A DNA stretch of 64,000 nt from Longimicrobiales bacterium (GTDB lineage: Bacteria; Gemmatimonadota; Gemmatimonadetes; Longimicrobiales; Gaopeijiaceae), in assembly GCA_963422615.1 (NCBI GenBank), contig OY730414.1, positions 682,001-746,000 on the forward strand, read 5' to 3'. A program made the position numbers and the translations under genes. Positions 1-8,692 of this stretch are shown piece by piece (position 1 is the stretch's first letter; the number at the start of each line of letters is the position of its first letter). The notes below the pieces were generated by a model. The model ran no database searches, had not been told where the DNA came from, and saw only the letters and a program-made list of their open reading frames with translations.

Positions 1-953
1 GCCGCGCCCTCAATGGCAATTCCGGTGTCGGCTGAACGCCAACGGACCAGTCGAGCGACTTCCCCGTGGTCCTGGGCGAGAGGCCCACGAAGCAAGGGGG
101 AACAGGCGGCCCTCCCGCTCTCTGGTTCCAGGAACCGGGCGGCCAGCGCGTATGCACCGGAGCCCTCTTCCCGGTGGGCCAGCCTCAGCTCGGGCCGGAG
201 CAGATCCGCTCCCCCGTCAATGCCCAAAGGGTTGCCGGGCAGGACCACGAGTCCCTGTCGCCAGCGGGTGAGGTTGACCACGAGAAGCTGTCGACCGGGC
301 AGGGCGCGGCGGATCGCCGCCAGGTTTCCGCCCCCTGTAGAAACTCCGGACAGGTGGACGCCCGCCACATGAACCATCCCGGCTGCAAGGAGATCCAGGG
401 CTCTTTGGCTACCCGCCCGTAGCCAAGTAACCCGGGCATCGGCGAAGCGTTGGCTCACCCGGTGGGCGACCGCGCCCAGGAGCGGTGCGCACCCGGCTAC
501 GAGAATGTTGCGCTCCAGATCGTTGGTGCTGGCAAGGGGCTGAACAACTGCGATGGAGTCGGGAGATCCAGGGCGCCCCGGGGCTTCCGACTCCACGATT
601 CCGTCTGCTGCCGTTGTGCCGTCGGCGGAAAGGCGGTGGGCCGCCCAGTTCCCCTCGATTCGGCCCAGCGCAACCCGGTTTCGCGTGGCGGAACCCGCCG
701 TCAAGCCCAAGGGAAGCGAGGCCAGCCGAGCGTGGATTCCCGGTGTGGGTACCAGCTGGAACAGGTCTTCCACGGCACACTTCAGGACATGTGCCAACCG
801 AAGTGCCAGCTCTGTAGAGGGCACCCGCTTCCCCGCCTCGATGGCCAACACCGCTTGGCGGGAAACACCGGATCGTTCCGCCAGGACGTGCTGGGACAGC
901 CCGTGGGCCTTGCGGTGACGTCTCAGGCGGTTGTCAAGCCGAGCTTCGGACAT
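1..953 (-). CDS. XRE-family HTH regulator fused to a periplasmic-binding-protein-like (molybdate-binding type) domain; 3' end runs off the window
   Basis: Not in the ORF track because it has no stop in the window. Manual translation from ATG 953 gives MSEARLDNRLRRHRKAHGLSQHVLAERSGVSRQAVLAIEAGKRVPSTELALRLAHVLKCAVEDLF (XRE HTH), then GSQRALDLLAAGMVHVAGVHL...WRQGLVVLPGNPLGI...HREEGSGA (PBP-like motifs). Confidence 0.85.
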   Translation of the reverse strand, partial: MSEARLDNRLRRHRKAHGLSQHVLAERSGVSRQAVLAIEAGKRVPSTELALRLAHVLKCAVEDLFQLVPTPGIHARLASLPLGLTAGSATRNRVALGRIEGNWAAHRLSADGTTAADGIVESEAPGRPGSPDSIAVVQPLASTNDLERNILVAGCAPLLGAVAHRVSQRFADARVTWLRAGSQRALDLLAAGMVHVAGVHLSGVSTGGGNLAAIRRALPGRQLLVVNLTRWRQGLVVLPGNPLGIDGGADLLRPELRLAHREEGSGAYALAARFLEPESGRAACSPLLRGPLAQDHGEVARLVRWRSADTGIAIEGA

Positions 954-965
954 GGTGACGTCTTG

Positions 966-995
966 TTTTCGGGGATTCAATTTTCGGAGATTCAA
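966..995. repeat. 15-bp tandem direct repeat just upstream of the regulator start
   Basis: ttttcggggattcaa / ttttcggagattcaa, 1 mismatch. Confidence 0.8.
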
Positions 996-1004
996 GTAGT
1001 TCAA

Positions 1005-1047
1005 AATGTATTTGGAAGATTACATTATGTAATATGTAGATTACATT
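1005..1047. promoter_or_regulatory. Two tandem palindromic operator-like sites, TGTA-N10-TACA, 21-bp period
   Basis: TGTA(1007)-tttggaagat-TACA(1021) and TGTA(1028)-atatgtagat-TACA(1042), in an AT-rich patch about 55 bp upstream of the XRE gene. Confidence 0.65.
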
Positions 1048-1244
1048 TGCGAAAGCTCTTCCGCCGAGAAGACCCCATGCCCGCCGGCCCGTCGGCCGAT
1101 CCAGCCGGGCCAAGCACCTGCTGCACTGACGACGTGGCCCGCAGGAGAATCCAGTCAGGTGAGGGGACGACGTTTGGGTCCGCCGCCTGCGCTTGGCCGA
1201 CACCCCATTCCGGAGGACGAAGGGCAGTGGTGCGTCGCCGGATA

Positions 1245-1273
1245 TTTACATTCGCGTGAAAATACTCTATATT
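1245..1273 (+). promoter_or_regulatory. Putative sigma70 promoter for the lipoprotein gene at 1336
   Basis: TTTACA-17 nt-TATATT. Confidence 0.55.
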
Positions 1274-1335
1274 TTCCCAGCACAGATCTGGGCGGACGCA
1301 GGGGGCTCATTCAGCAGAAAGGATAGGTTGCAACC

Positions 1336-1758
1336 ATGAATAGCAAGAAACCGAGGAGTAGCAAGAGACCGATTTGGGGGCCATTCGCAGCCCTGGCATT
1401 GGTGTTGGGTGCGTGCCAGGAAGCCACTGAACCCGAACCAGACGACTACGCCGATATTCGGGCCACCCTGACCGAGGTGCATTGGGCGCTGGCCGAAACC
1501 GGCGGCCCCGTCTCCTTCAATAGGTACGGAATCACGTCCGTGGGTGGGGAGAAGCAGAGCCAGAACCTATTGGCCGACGACCCGGATCCCGATTGTAAGG
1601 ACGATCAGAGTACGGACAAAGACGACGATGGGGCATGGGAATGCATCGTCTACCATCTTTTGTTCGTCTGCGATGAACTGCAAGTTGAATTTTCCGGTAA
1701 GGGAAAAGGGAAGAGCGGAGAAGACGGGGTTGTACATTACCATTGCAAGCAGTCCTGA
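1336..1758 (+). CDS. Hypothetical lipoprotein
   Basis: Basic N-terminus, hydrophobic stretch and lipobox VLGA/C; acidic mature part with four further Cys; upstream promoter. Confidence 0.7.
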   Translation: MNSKKPRSSKRPIWGPFAALALVLGACQEATEPEPDDYADIRATLTEVHWALAETGGPVSFNRYGITSVGGEKQSQNLLADDPDPDCKDDQSTDKDDDGAWECIVYHLLFVCDELQVEFSGKGKGKSGEDGVVHYHCKQS

Positions 1759-1821
1759 TGGAACGAGCTGTCTAACCGGCAATGTGAGAGCATAAGCGAT
1801 GATCGCCGCCCCCTGCGTTCA

Positions 1822-2979
1822 TCAGAAGATGTTCCCCTCTTCTTCTCCCCGTTCCCCCGAGCGAGGTTTCCCGAAGCGAGTGTGGCGGAACGCCGCGATG
1901 TCCAGGGTGTGGGAGTGCCCGACCGCCACCAGCTCCGAGACGGCAAGTCCGGTAGCGGGGGCGTGCATGATGCCGTGGCCGGAGAAGCCGCACGCGTCGA
2001 CCCACGCCGATGTGTCAGGGTTGAATCCGATGACCGGGCTGTTGTCGGGGGTGACTTCGTAGTATCCCCACCAGCTTCCCTTTCGGTCCACGCCCAGGTC
2101 TTCCCACCAAGGATAGCGTTCGACGCCGGTCAGCAGGACGTGTTCCAACCAGTTCCAGTCGATTCCTTGGGTGAACTTCCCGTCAGTTTCGGGGGCGTCC
2201 AGTCCGAAGAGGATTCGGTCGCCTTCACTCCGCAGATAGACGCCGGTTCCCAGGTCGATGGTGAGGGGGTAGACCCGTTTGTCAGTGACCGGGGCGCTCA
2301 GGAAGATCTGAATCCGCTTGGGTCGGACGGGGACATGCACGCCGGCCAGGCGGCCGATCCGACCAGACCAAGCACCCGCAGCGTTGACGACGTAGCCGCA
2401 GGAGAAAAACTCGGTACCGGCTTCCACCCGCCATCCGCTGCCTTGGGGTCGGAACCCCGTCACGGGGCGGTTGAAGTGGTACTCTGCCCCGGCGGCCCGT
2501 CCCATCGCCGCCCACGCGTGGGTGGCCATGTGAGGGTCGATCACCCCGTCCCAGGGACCGTAGGTCGCGCCGCCAAGGCCGTCCTTGGCGAAGGGCACGT
2601 ACCGCTGTGCGTCTTCCGCGTCCAGGACTTCTACCGGAGCCCCCAGGTCCCGCTGAAGGGCCACGGACTCCATGTGCCGCTCCCACTGGTCTTGAAGCAC
2701 CAGGAGAAGGTAGCCGATGTCCCGGTACCCGACCTCGAATCCGTACCTGTCCTGGAACTCCCGGTAGACCGGCAAGGAGTACATGGATAAGGCAACGTTG
2801 GCCCGGGTCGTGAACTGAACCCGCACCCCGGCGGCGCTCTTCCCCGTTGAGCCGAGAGCCGGAGCCCTTTCGCGCTCCAGAACGGTGACCCGAAGGCCCC
2901 GAGAAGCCAAGTGGAAGGCGCAGGCAGCCCCGACGATCCCGGCCCCTACGACCACTACGTCTGCCGAACGGGTGCTCAA
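1822..2979 (-). CDS. FAD-dependent oxidoreductase (DAO / sarcosine oxidase beta-subunit-like)
   Basis: VVVVGAGIVG FAD motif, GSTGKSAAGVR, YEVTPDNSPVIG, GFSGHGIMHAPATG. TTG start at 2979 follows a CAGGAGG RBS and overlaps the upstream TGA. Confidence 0.9.
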   Translation of the reverse strand: MSTRSADVVVVGAGIVGAACAFHLASRGLRVTVLERERAPALGSTGKSAAGVRVQFTTRANVALSMYSLPVYREFQDRYGFEVGYRDIGYLLLVLQDQWERHMESVALQRDLGAPVEVLDAEDAQRYVPFAKDGLGGATYGPWDGVIDPHMATHAWAAMGRAAGAEYHFNRPVTGFRPQGSGWRVEAGTEFFSCGYVVNAAGAWSGRIGRLAGVHVPVRPKRIQIFLSAPVTDKRVYPLTIDLGTGVYLRSEGDRILFGLDAPETDGKFTQGIDWNWLEHVLLTGVERYPWWEDLGVDRKGSWWGYYEVTPDNSPVIGFNPDTSAWVDACGFSGHGIMHAPATGLAVSELVAVGHSHTLDIAAFRHTRFGKPRSGERGEEEGNIF

Positions 2980-3244
2980 CGCCTCCTGAACTCGACGCTG
3001 CCTGCGATTTCGGCGTGAAGGGCGGCGACTTTGCCGTCGGTGCCGATCTCGAAGCGGAAGAACTCCTTCGTTCCGGCGATACGCCTCCAGGCAGCTCGGA
3101 ACGTGTCGTAGTGCCCGTGCTCCAGGGGTCCGATGAGGGTTGTGCTCCGGGTCATGCCGAGGGGGCGGAAGATCCGGTGGGCCACGAAGTGGCCGTCGCG
3201 CTGAAGCCAAGGTGATCGGTTCTCCGGATCTGCGCCTTCTTCAT
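2976..3244 (-). pseudogene. Internally deleted, frameshifted remnant of a serine hydrolase (beta-lactamase family with DUF3471-like C-terminus)
   Basis: GGAGG RBS and ATG at 3244. In another frame, FVAHRIFRPLGMTRSTT (beta-lactamase-family IFxPLGM motif) joins directly to LIGPLEHGHYDTFRAAW...FEIGTDGKV (C-terminal-domain-like). No SxxK region. Confidence 0.6.
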
Positions 3245-3302
3245 GGCTGTCCTCCGCGGGATAGCCGCTCTGGGAGTCCGCGTTGCCCGCAGCCCGGACG
3301 GC

Positions 3303-4001
3303 CTACCAGCTTCCCAGCTCACCGGCCCGCTCGATGACGCCGCTGAGCCGCTCGGCCGCGTTGCGCCAGTTGGTCCGTACGGACGATTGAGCCAATTCCG
3401 CTGCCCCGTCTGAGACATTGTCCACGGTGACCTGGTGCTCCCGGACGGAGATCGCGATCTGGTTCCGGAGCGCGTCGACATAGAGCCGGGTGTAGCGTTC
3501 AATCTGGGGTTTAATGGCGTCGTGAAGCGCCAAGAGCCGGGGTCCTGCGCCGTCCTCCACATAACAACGGTGAAACGAAGTGTCAAGTTCGAAGATTCGT
3601 TCCCGGGAGGGGGCCGGGCCCCTGACCTCGGCGAGGAGTTCCGAGTTGATCCGGTTGAGTCGGCCCACCGTCTCGTGCCGGTTCTTTTGGCGCGCAGCCC
3701 GCCAAGCCGCCAGGCCTTCGATCTCTCCGACGATGTAGAAAAGTTCCCGGGCATCGCTTTGGGTGAGGGGGGCGACGACGGGACGGCTCTGGCGGCCGGT
3801 TCCCGTCTCCACGATGTAGCCTTCCTGCGTGAGGCGCTGAAGCGCACTTCGGACGGGTGTCCGGCTCACACGGAGTCGCGCGGCGATCTCGGTTTCGATC
3901 AGCCTCGACCCCGGGGCCAAGCGGCCCCGTACGATCAGCTCGCGGAGGCGCTGGTAGGCTTGGGTTCCGCGGTCACTTGTCGCGATGCTGGTTGCCGACA
4001 T
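3303..4001 (-). CDS. GntR family (FCD) transcriptional regulator
   Basis: AYQRLRELIVRGRLAPGSRLIETEIAARLRVSRTPVRSALQRL HTH; FCD motifs LDTSFH and SVREHQ. Confidence 0.95.
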   Translation of the reverse strand: MSATSIATSDRGTQAYQRLRELIVRGRLAPGSRLIETEIAARLRVSRTPVRSALQRLTQEGYIVETGTGRQSRPVVAPLTQSDARELFYIVGEIEGLAAWRAARQKNRHETVGRLNRINSELLAEVRGPAPSRERIFELDTSFHRCYVEDGAGPRLLALHDAIKPQIERYTRLYVDALRNQIAISVREHQVTVDNVSDGAAELAQSSVRTNWRNAAERLSGVIERAGELGSW

Positions 4002-4272
4002 GACTCCTGTTCCGGAGGTTCTTCATTGTGGGACCGGCTTATCCGGGGAAGATGCGCTTTCGTCCTCCTCCAGACGCTATCCGACCCCCGGAATGTACAT
4101 CGGATCCGTCGAAGGCTCATCCATATCTTGCCGTCATTGATTCCGTGGGATAATATGGCACGCTCCGGTTTCCCACGCGCAAATTCGTCTTTCCTGGGAA
4201 CATCATGACCATGTCCGAATCTCCGGAGAGCGGCCCGGACCACCACCCCACTCCAGAACAACTCGATTACTT

Positions 4273-5118
4273 ATGCCAGGGCGTGACCCAGCGTCCTCCG
4301 ACGCACTGAACATTGAGATCCGCCCCATGGAAGGGCAAGAGGACTTACGTGCCTGTGTGCACCTCCAGGAAGAGACCTGGGGTTGCGGCTTCTCGGACAT
4401 TGTTCCCGGGAGCATTCTCCAGGTCACGGCCAAGATGGGGGGAATCGTCCTGGGGGCTTTCGACCCCGGCGGCACAATGCTGGGCTTCGTCTACGGGGTC
4501 ACGGGGATCAGAAACGGAGAGCTGGCCCATTGGTCCCACATGCTGGCTGTACGGCGGGATGCTCGGGACTTGGGCATCGGACGACGCCTCAAACTCCGCC
4601 AGAGAAGGGACCTGCTGGCGGAGGGAATCGCAACGGTGTACTGGACCTTCGATCCCTTGGTGGCCCGCAACGCCCACCTCAACCTCAACCGCCTGGGTGT
4701 CAAAGTGTCGGAGTATGTCCCCGACATGTACTGCGCTTCGGACAGCGACCTGCACCAGCTGGGGACCGACAGGTTCGTGGTCAGCTGGGACCTGAACGGA
4801 GATCAGTCGCGGGGGCTTTCTCCCCCCCGAAAAGAACGGATTCCCTCCGATGCCGCTTCCCGGCCCGCCGTTGGCCTCCCCGGGACCGACGGCTGGCCTC
4901 CCGCTGGCGATGTGGCAGAGGTCGAGGTTCTGATCCCCAGCGACATCGAGGCCGTCAAGGCCCGTTCCCACGAAGAGGCCGTGGGCTGGCGCATCTCGAC
5001 CCGTACGGTGTTTACCCGCCTTTTGGGTGGGTCCTACAGCGTTACCGGCTTTGTCGCAGGTTCCGTCCATTCCAGGTACATCGTCTCCCGAATAGGAGGG
5101 AAAGCGGCGCTTCCCTGA
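4273..5118 (+). CDS. GNAT-family N-acyltransferase (COG3375-like)
   Basis: HWSHMLAV, RDLGIGRRLKLRQR acyl-CoA motif, WTFDPLVARNAHLNLNRLG, TDRFVVSW. Confidence 0.85.
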   Translation: MPGRDPASSDALNIEIRPMEGQEDLRACVHLQEETWGCGFSDIVPGSILQVTAKMGGIVLGAFDPGGTMLGFVYGVTGIRNGELAHWSHMLAVRRDARDLGIGRRLKLRQRRDLLAEGIATVYWTFDPLVARNAHLNLNRLGVKVSEYVPDMYCASDSDLHQLGTDRFVVSWDLNGDQSRGLSPPRKERIPSDAASRPAVGLPGTDGWPPAGDVAEVEVLIPSDIEAVKARSHEEAVGWRISTRTVFTRLLGGSYSVTGFVAGSVHSRYIVSRIGGKAALP

Positions 5119-5485
5119 AGACCCTATGACCAAACGCCGCTTGGGGAACCACAATGACCCGTTCAGCGATCCACTCCGGGTCGATTCCAGCGAAGATCTG
5201 ACCGCCGTTCACGGGTCTTGTCGAGAGGTCACCCTGGCACCAAGACCGACGAGGCCATTCGGGCCATGGCCGCTGGAAGAGATATGGACCGTCTGAGGGG
5301 CTGTAACCCCCGTCCCGACCCGGTTGCCCGGCGCCGGACCACCCACCCGAACACGAGGAATCAGCGCGATGTGGAAAATCTTGAAAGGCGGGCTTCCGGC
5401 CCGGGGCGTTTGGTGTTTGGCGTGGACGCATGGCCCGGCGGAGAGGATTTCGTTCGCGGATCGCATGGGCCGCGGCCTGCTCCTC

Positions 5486-7273
5486 ATGACGAATTCCGAC
5501 GTACGAGGTCGCTTGGCTCGGGGTGCGCTTGCCGCTTCCGTCGCTTTCCTGAACGCCTGCGAGTACGGCCCTTCGCCCGGAAACGGACGGGACGGATCGG
5601 CAGACGTGCCCATGGAAGTGGACGTCCCCATGGATGTGATCATCGAAAACGGCCGGGTGGTGGACGGGACCGGAGCTGGCTGGTTCTACGGGGATGTGGG
5701 GATCCGTGGGGATCGGATCGCTGCGATCGCCCCGGCGGGCGTTCTCGCCAACTCGGAGGCGGAGGTGCGGATCGATGCTTCGGGCAAAGTCGTTTCGCCC
5801 GGCTTCATCGACATCCAGTCCCACGCCCGGGGCGCCCTTCTGAACGGTGACGGGCGCCTTCTGGGCAAGATCACCCAAGGAATCACGACCGAGATCATGG
5901 GGGAAGGCTGGACGAACGCTCCCGCCAACGCCAATACAGACCGGGGGGCCGGCCTCGTGAACCCCGAAGCCCGGGGGGGAAGACGCGACTTTTCGGGTCC
6001 ACGGGGCTTCGACCGCTGGCTCAGGGCGATGCTGGACAACGGGGCCTCTCCGAACTTCGGGTCGTTCGTGGGTGCAACCACGATTCGGGTCTACGCGAAG
6101 GGGGAGGCGGCCGGTGCGGCCACGGCGGCGGAACGGGACACCATGCGGGCTGTTACCGAGCGAGCCATGGCGGACGGGGCCTTTGGCGTGGCGAGTGCGC
6201 TGGTGTACCCGCCCGGTAACTTTGCCTCCACCGCCGAACTCGCCGAAGTCGTCGCGGCCACAGCGCCGTTCGGCGGTCTGTACATTACCCACATGCGCTC
6301 CGAAGCCGATCGCTTCCTGGAAGCCATTGACGAGGCCATTGAGATCGGAAGGCTCGGCGGAGTGCCGGTGGAGATCTACCACTTGAAGGCTGCCGGACTC
6401 CGGAACCACCACAAGGCGGCCTCGGCCATCGCCAAGATCGACTCTGCGAGGGCCGCCGGTGTGGATGTACAGGCCAATATGTACCCCTACACCGCTGGAG
6501 GAACGGGCCTGTCCGCCCTGCTCCCGCCGTGGGCATCGGAAGGGGGTCGGCTACTTGACAACTTGACGGATCCGGAAATTCGCAGACGCGTCCATGAAGA
6601 GGTCTTGGGGGACGAGGCAGATTGGGAGAACTTCGGGGCCCTGGCCACGCCGGAGGGCGTTCTGATCACCTCGGCGGCGACGACGGGGCCGGACGGGGAG
6701 CCCAGCGGGGCAGGGCGCTATGTGGGGATGCGCCTGTCGGAAGTCGCCCGGGAAATGGGTACCGACTGGGTAGACGCCGCCATCGAGCTCGTGCTGACGA
6801 CGGGAGGCGAAGCCGGCATGGTCATTTTCATGATGGCCGAAGAGAATGTGGCACTCCAGCTCCAGCAACCGTGGATCAAGATCGGAACCGACGCGTCGGG
6901 CTTCGATCCGGACAGCACAGGAGGCATGGTGCACCCCCGCGCCTACGGTACCTACCCGCGCATTCTGGGCAAGTATGTCCGGGACGAAGGTGTCCTCACC
7001 CTGGAGGACGCCGTCCGAAAAATGAGCGCGGCCGTGGCGACCCGACTGTCCATTCACGACCGAGGCCTTCTCAAGCCCGGGATGTATGCCGATGTGGTGG
7101 TGTTCGATCCGTCCCTGATCGGGGACCGGGCTACGTTCGAGGCACCGCACCAGCTTTCGGTAGGGGTTGAAGAGGTCTTCGTCAACGGGGTTCAGGTTCT
7201 GCGCGCCGGAGTCCACACGGGGGCCAAGCCCGGTCGGATCGTGCGGGGCCCCGGCTACCGCCCCGGGAGTTGA
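5486..7273 (+). CDS. N-acyl-D-amino-acid deacylase (D-aminoacylase), probable lipoprotein
   Basis: PGFIDIQSH, QGITTEIMGEG, THMRSE, HPRAYGTYPRILGKYVRD, RGLLKPGMYADVVVFD; signal ending FLNA/C. Confidence 0.9.
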   Translation: MTNSDVRGRLARGALAASVAFLNACEYGPSPGNGRDGSADVPMEVDVPMDVIIENGRVVDGTGAGWFYGDVGIRGDRIAAIAPAGVLANSEAEVRIDASGKVVSPGFIDIQSHARGALLNGDGRLLGKITQGITTEIMGEGWTNAPANANTDRGAGLVNPEARGGRRDFSGPRGFDRWLRAMLDNGASPNFGSFVGATTIRVYAKGEAAGAATAAERDTMRAVTERAMADGAFGVASALVYPPGNFASTAELAEVVAATAPFGGLYITHMRSEADRFLEAIDEAIEIGRLGGVPVEIYHLKAAGLRNHHKAASAIAKIDSARAAGVDVQANMYPYTAGGTGLSALLPPWASEGGRLLDNLTDPEIRRRVHEEVLGDEADWENFGALATPEGVLITSAATTGPDGEPSGAGRYVGMRLSEVAREMGTDWVDAAIELVLTTGGEAGMVIFMMAEENVALQLQQPWIKIGTDASGFDPDSTGGMVHPRAYGTYPRILGKYVRDEGVLTLEDAVRKMSAAVATRLSIHDRGLLKPGMYADVVVFDPSLIGDRATFEAPHQLSVGVEEVFVNGVQVLRAGVHTGAKPGRIVRGPGYRPGS

Positions 7274-7292
7274 ACCGGGAGGATCAGGATTC

Positions 7293-8531
7293 GTGCGCGT
7301 CGGCGTGGTGGGTGGCGGAGTGGTCGGCCTCGCTACGGCTTGGTACCTGAAGAAGGGAGGAGCGGATCCGGTTGTCGTGGATGCCGGTGCGGTCGGCGAC
7401 GCATGCTCCCGGGGGAATTGCGGCTGGGTCTGCCCGTCCCTTTCGGCGCCCCTGCCTGTGCCGGGGCTGACCACGCTTCGGTCCATCCTGTGGATGCTCC
7501 GGCCGGACAGCCCCCTCTACATCCGTCCTACCGCTTTCCTGGCGCTCCGGTCCTGGCTGCGCCGGTTCCGCTCCCATTGCACGAAGGCCGACTACCAGCA
7601 CGGGATTCTAGCCTTGGCGGCGCTGAATGGGGAAACGGCGGCGCGGTTCGCCGAACTGGCTGCAGGAGGGGTGGACTTCGAGTCCGGTCGCTCGGGACTT
7701 CTCTTCGCCTTCCGGGATCCGGCCAAGACCGCCGCTGCCCGCCGGGAGGTGGGTGTGGTCGCCGCCGCAGGCGTGGCCTCCTACGAAGTATTGAACCGGA
7801 CGGGGCTGTACGAACAGGAGCCCATGCTCCGCCAGGGTTTCACCGGCGGCCTCCTGGTGGATTCGGACTTCCACGTTCGACCTGAAACGCTCACAGCGGG
7901 CTTGGCGCGGTCGCTCCGCACTGACGGTGTCCGGATCCACGAGGGCGTGGCCGTGGCGGGTTTCGAAACCGAGGGGAGGAAAGTGCGGGCCATGATCACG
8001 ACCAAGGGTACCATGGAAGTTGACGCGGCCGTCCTCGCTGCGGGCGCGGAGACCGGGCACCTTGCCGGTATGTTGGGGGCACGGATTCCCCTTACCGCCG
8101 GGAAGGGCTACTCCGTCACCATTGAACAACCCCGAAACCAGCTTCGCCAGCCGCTGTATCTGGGGGAGGCGAAGATCGGCTTGACGCCCTACCGCGGGGC
8201 GCTTCGGATCGCCGGTACGATGGAGCTGTCGGGGGTGAACCGCCGGCTGGACCCGCGACGAATCCAGCCGATCCGGCGGGCCGTCCTCCGAGACGTGGTC
8301 ATCCCCGAAGCGAAAGATGGGGGCACGCCCTGGGTGGGGATGCGGCCGATGGTGCCCGACACGCTTCCCGTGGTAGGCCGACTGCCGGCAAGCGCCAACG
8401 CGTACGTCAACACGGGGCACCAGATGCTCGGGGTGACCCTGTCTCCCAGCACGGGACATGCCCTTGCCCGAATGCTTCTGGGAGAAACCCCGAATACGGA
8501 TATGGCTCCGTTTTCGCCTTCAAGGTTCTGA
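7293..8531 (+). CDS. D-amino acid dehydrogenase (DadA-like)
   Basis: VGVVGGGVVG, CSRGNCG, GKGYSVT, LRIAGTMEL, WVGMRPMVPDTLPVVG, GHQMLGVTL; GTG start after GGAGGA. Confidence 0.88.
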   Translation: MRVGVVGGGVVGLATAWYLKKGGADPVVVDAGAVGDACSRGNCGWVCPSLSAPLPVPGLTTLRSILWMLRPDSPLYIRPTAFLALRSWLRRFRSHCTKADYQHGILALAALNGETAARFAELAAGGVDFESGRSGLLFAFRDPAKTAAARREVGVVAAAGVASYEVLNRTGLYEQEPMLRQGFTGGLLVDSDFHVRPETLTAGLARSLRTDGVRIHEGVAVAGFETEGRKVRAMITTKGTMEVDAAVLAAGAETGHLAGMLGARIPLTAGKGYSVTIEQPRNQLRQPLYLGEAKIGLTPYRGALRIAGTMELSGVNRRLDPRRIQPIRRAVLRDVVIPEAKDGGTPWVGMRPMVPDTLPVVGRLPASANAYVNTGHQMLGVTLSPSTGHALARMLLGETPNTDMAPFSPSRF

Positions 8532-8692
8532 CGGGCTCGGGGGTTGCCCGGGGCCCCGTTGGAACGAAGAAGGCCAGCTCAACTCTCGCGTAATGCTGCT
8601 ATTGCTGCCCAGCACCAACCCGCCGCCGCTTTCGGGTTGCCGGTGCAATCTTCCGTGCCTCCGAAGCCCCACCGGGGGACTTCCGCCTGTGC

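Noticed and set aside
450..1259. 269-aa Cys-rich + strand ORF
   Set aside because: Reverse-frame shadow of the XRE-PBP regulator on the minus strand.
2980..3210. Arg-rich N-terminal extension of the FAD oxidoreductase in the ORF track
   Set aside because: RBS plus TTG at 2979 immediately precede the FAD motif; the upstream DNA is better explained as the serine-hydrolase remnant.
5119..5485. Possible small ORF or gene remnant between GNAT and D-aminoacylase
   Set aside because: A 56-codon ORF from about 5126 has no clear RBS or recognisable motif; it cannot be supported.
5603..5638. 18-bp in-frame tandem duplication (DVPMEV/DVPMDV)
   Set aside because: Real, but confined to the linker after the lipoprotein signal; probably neutral.
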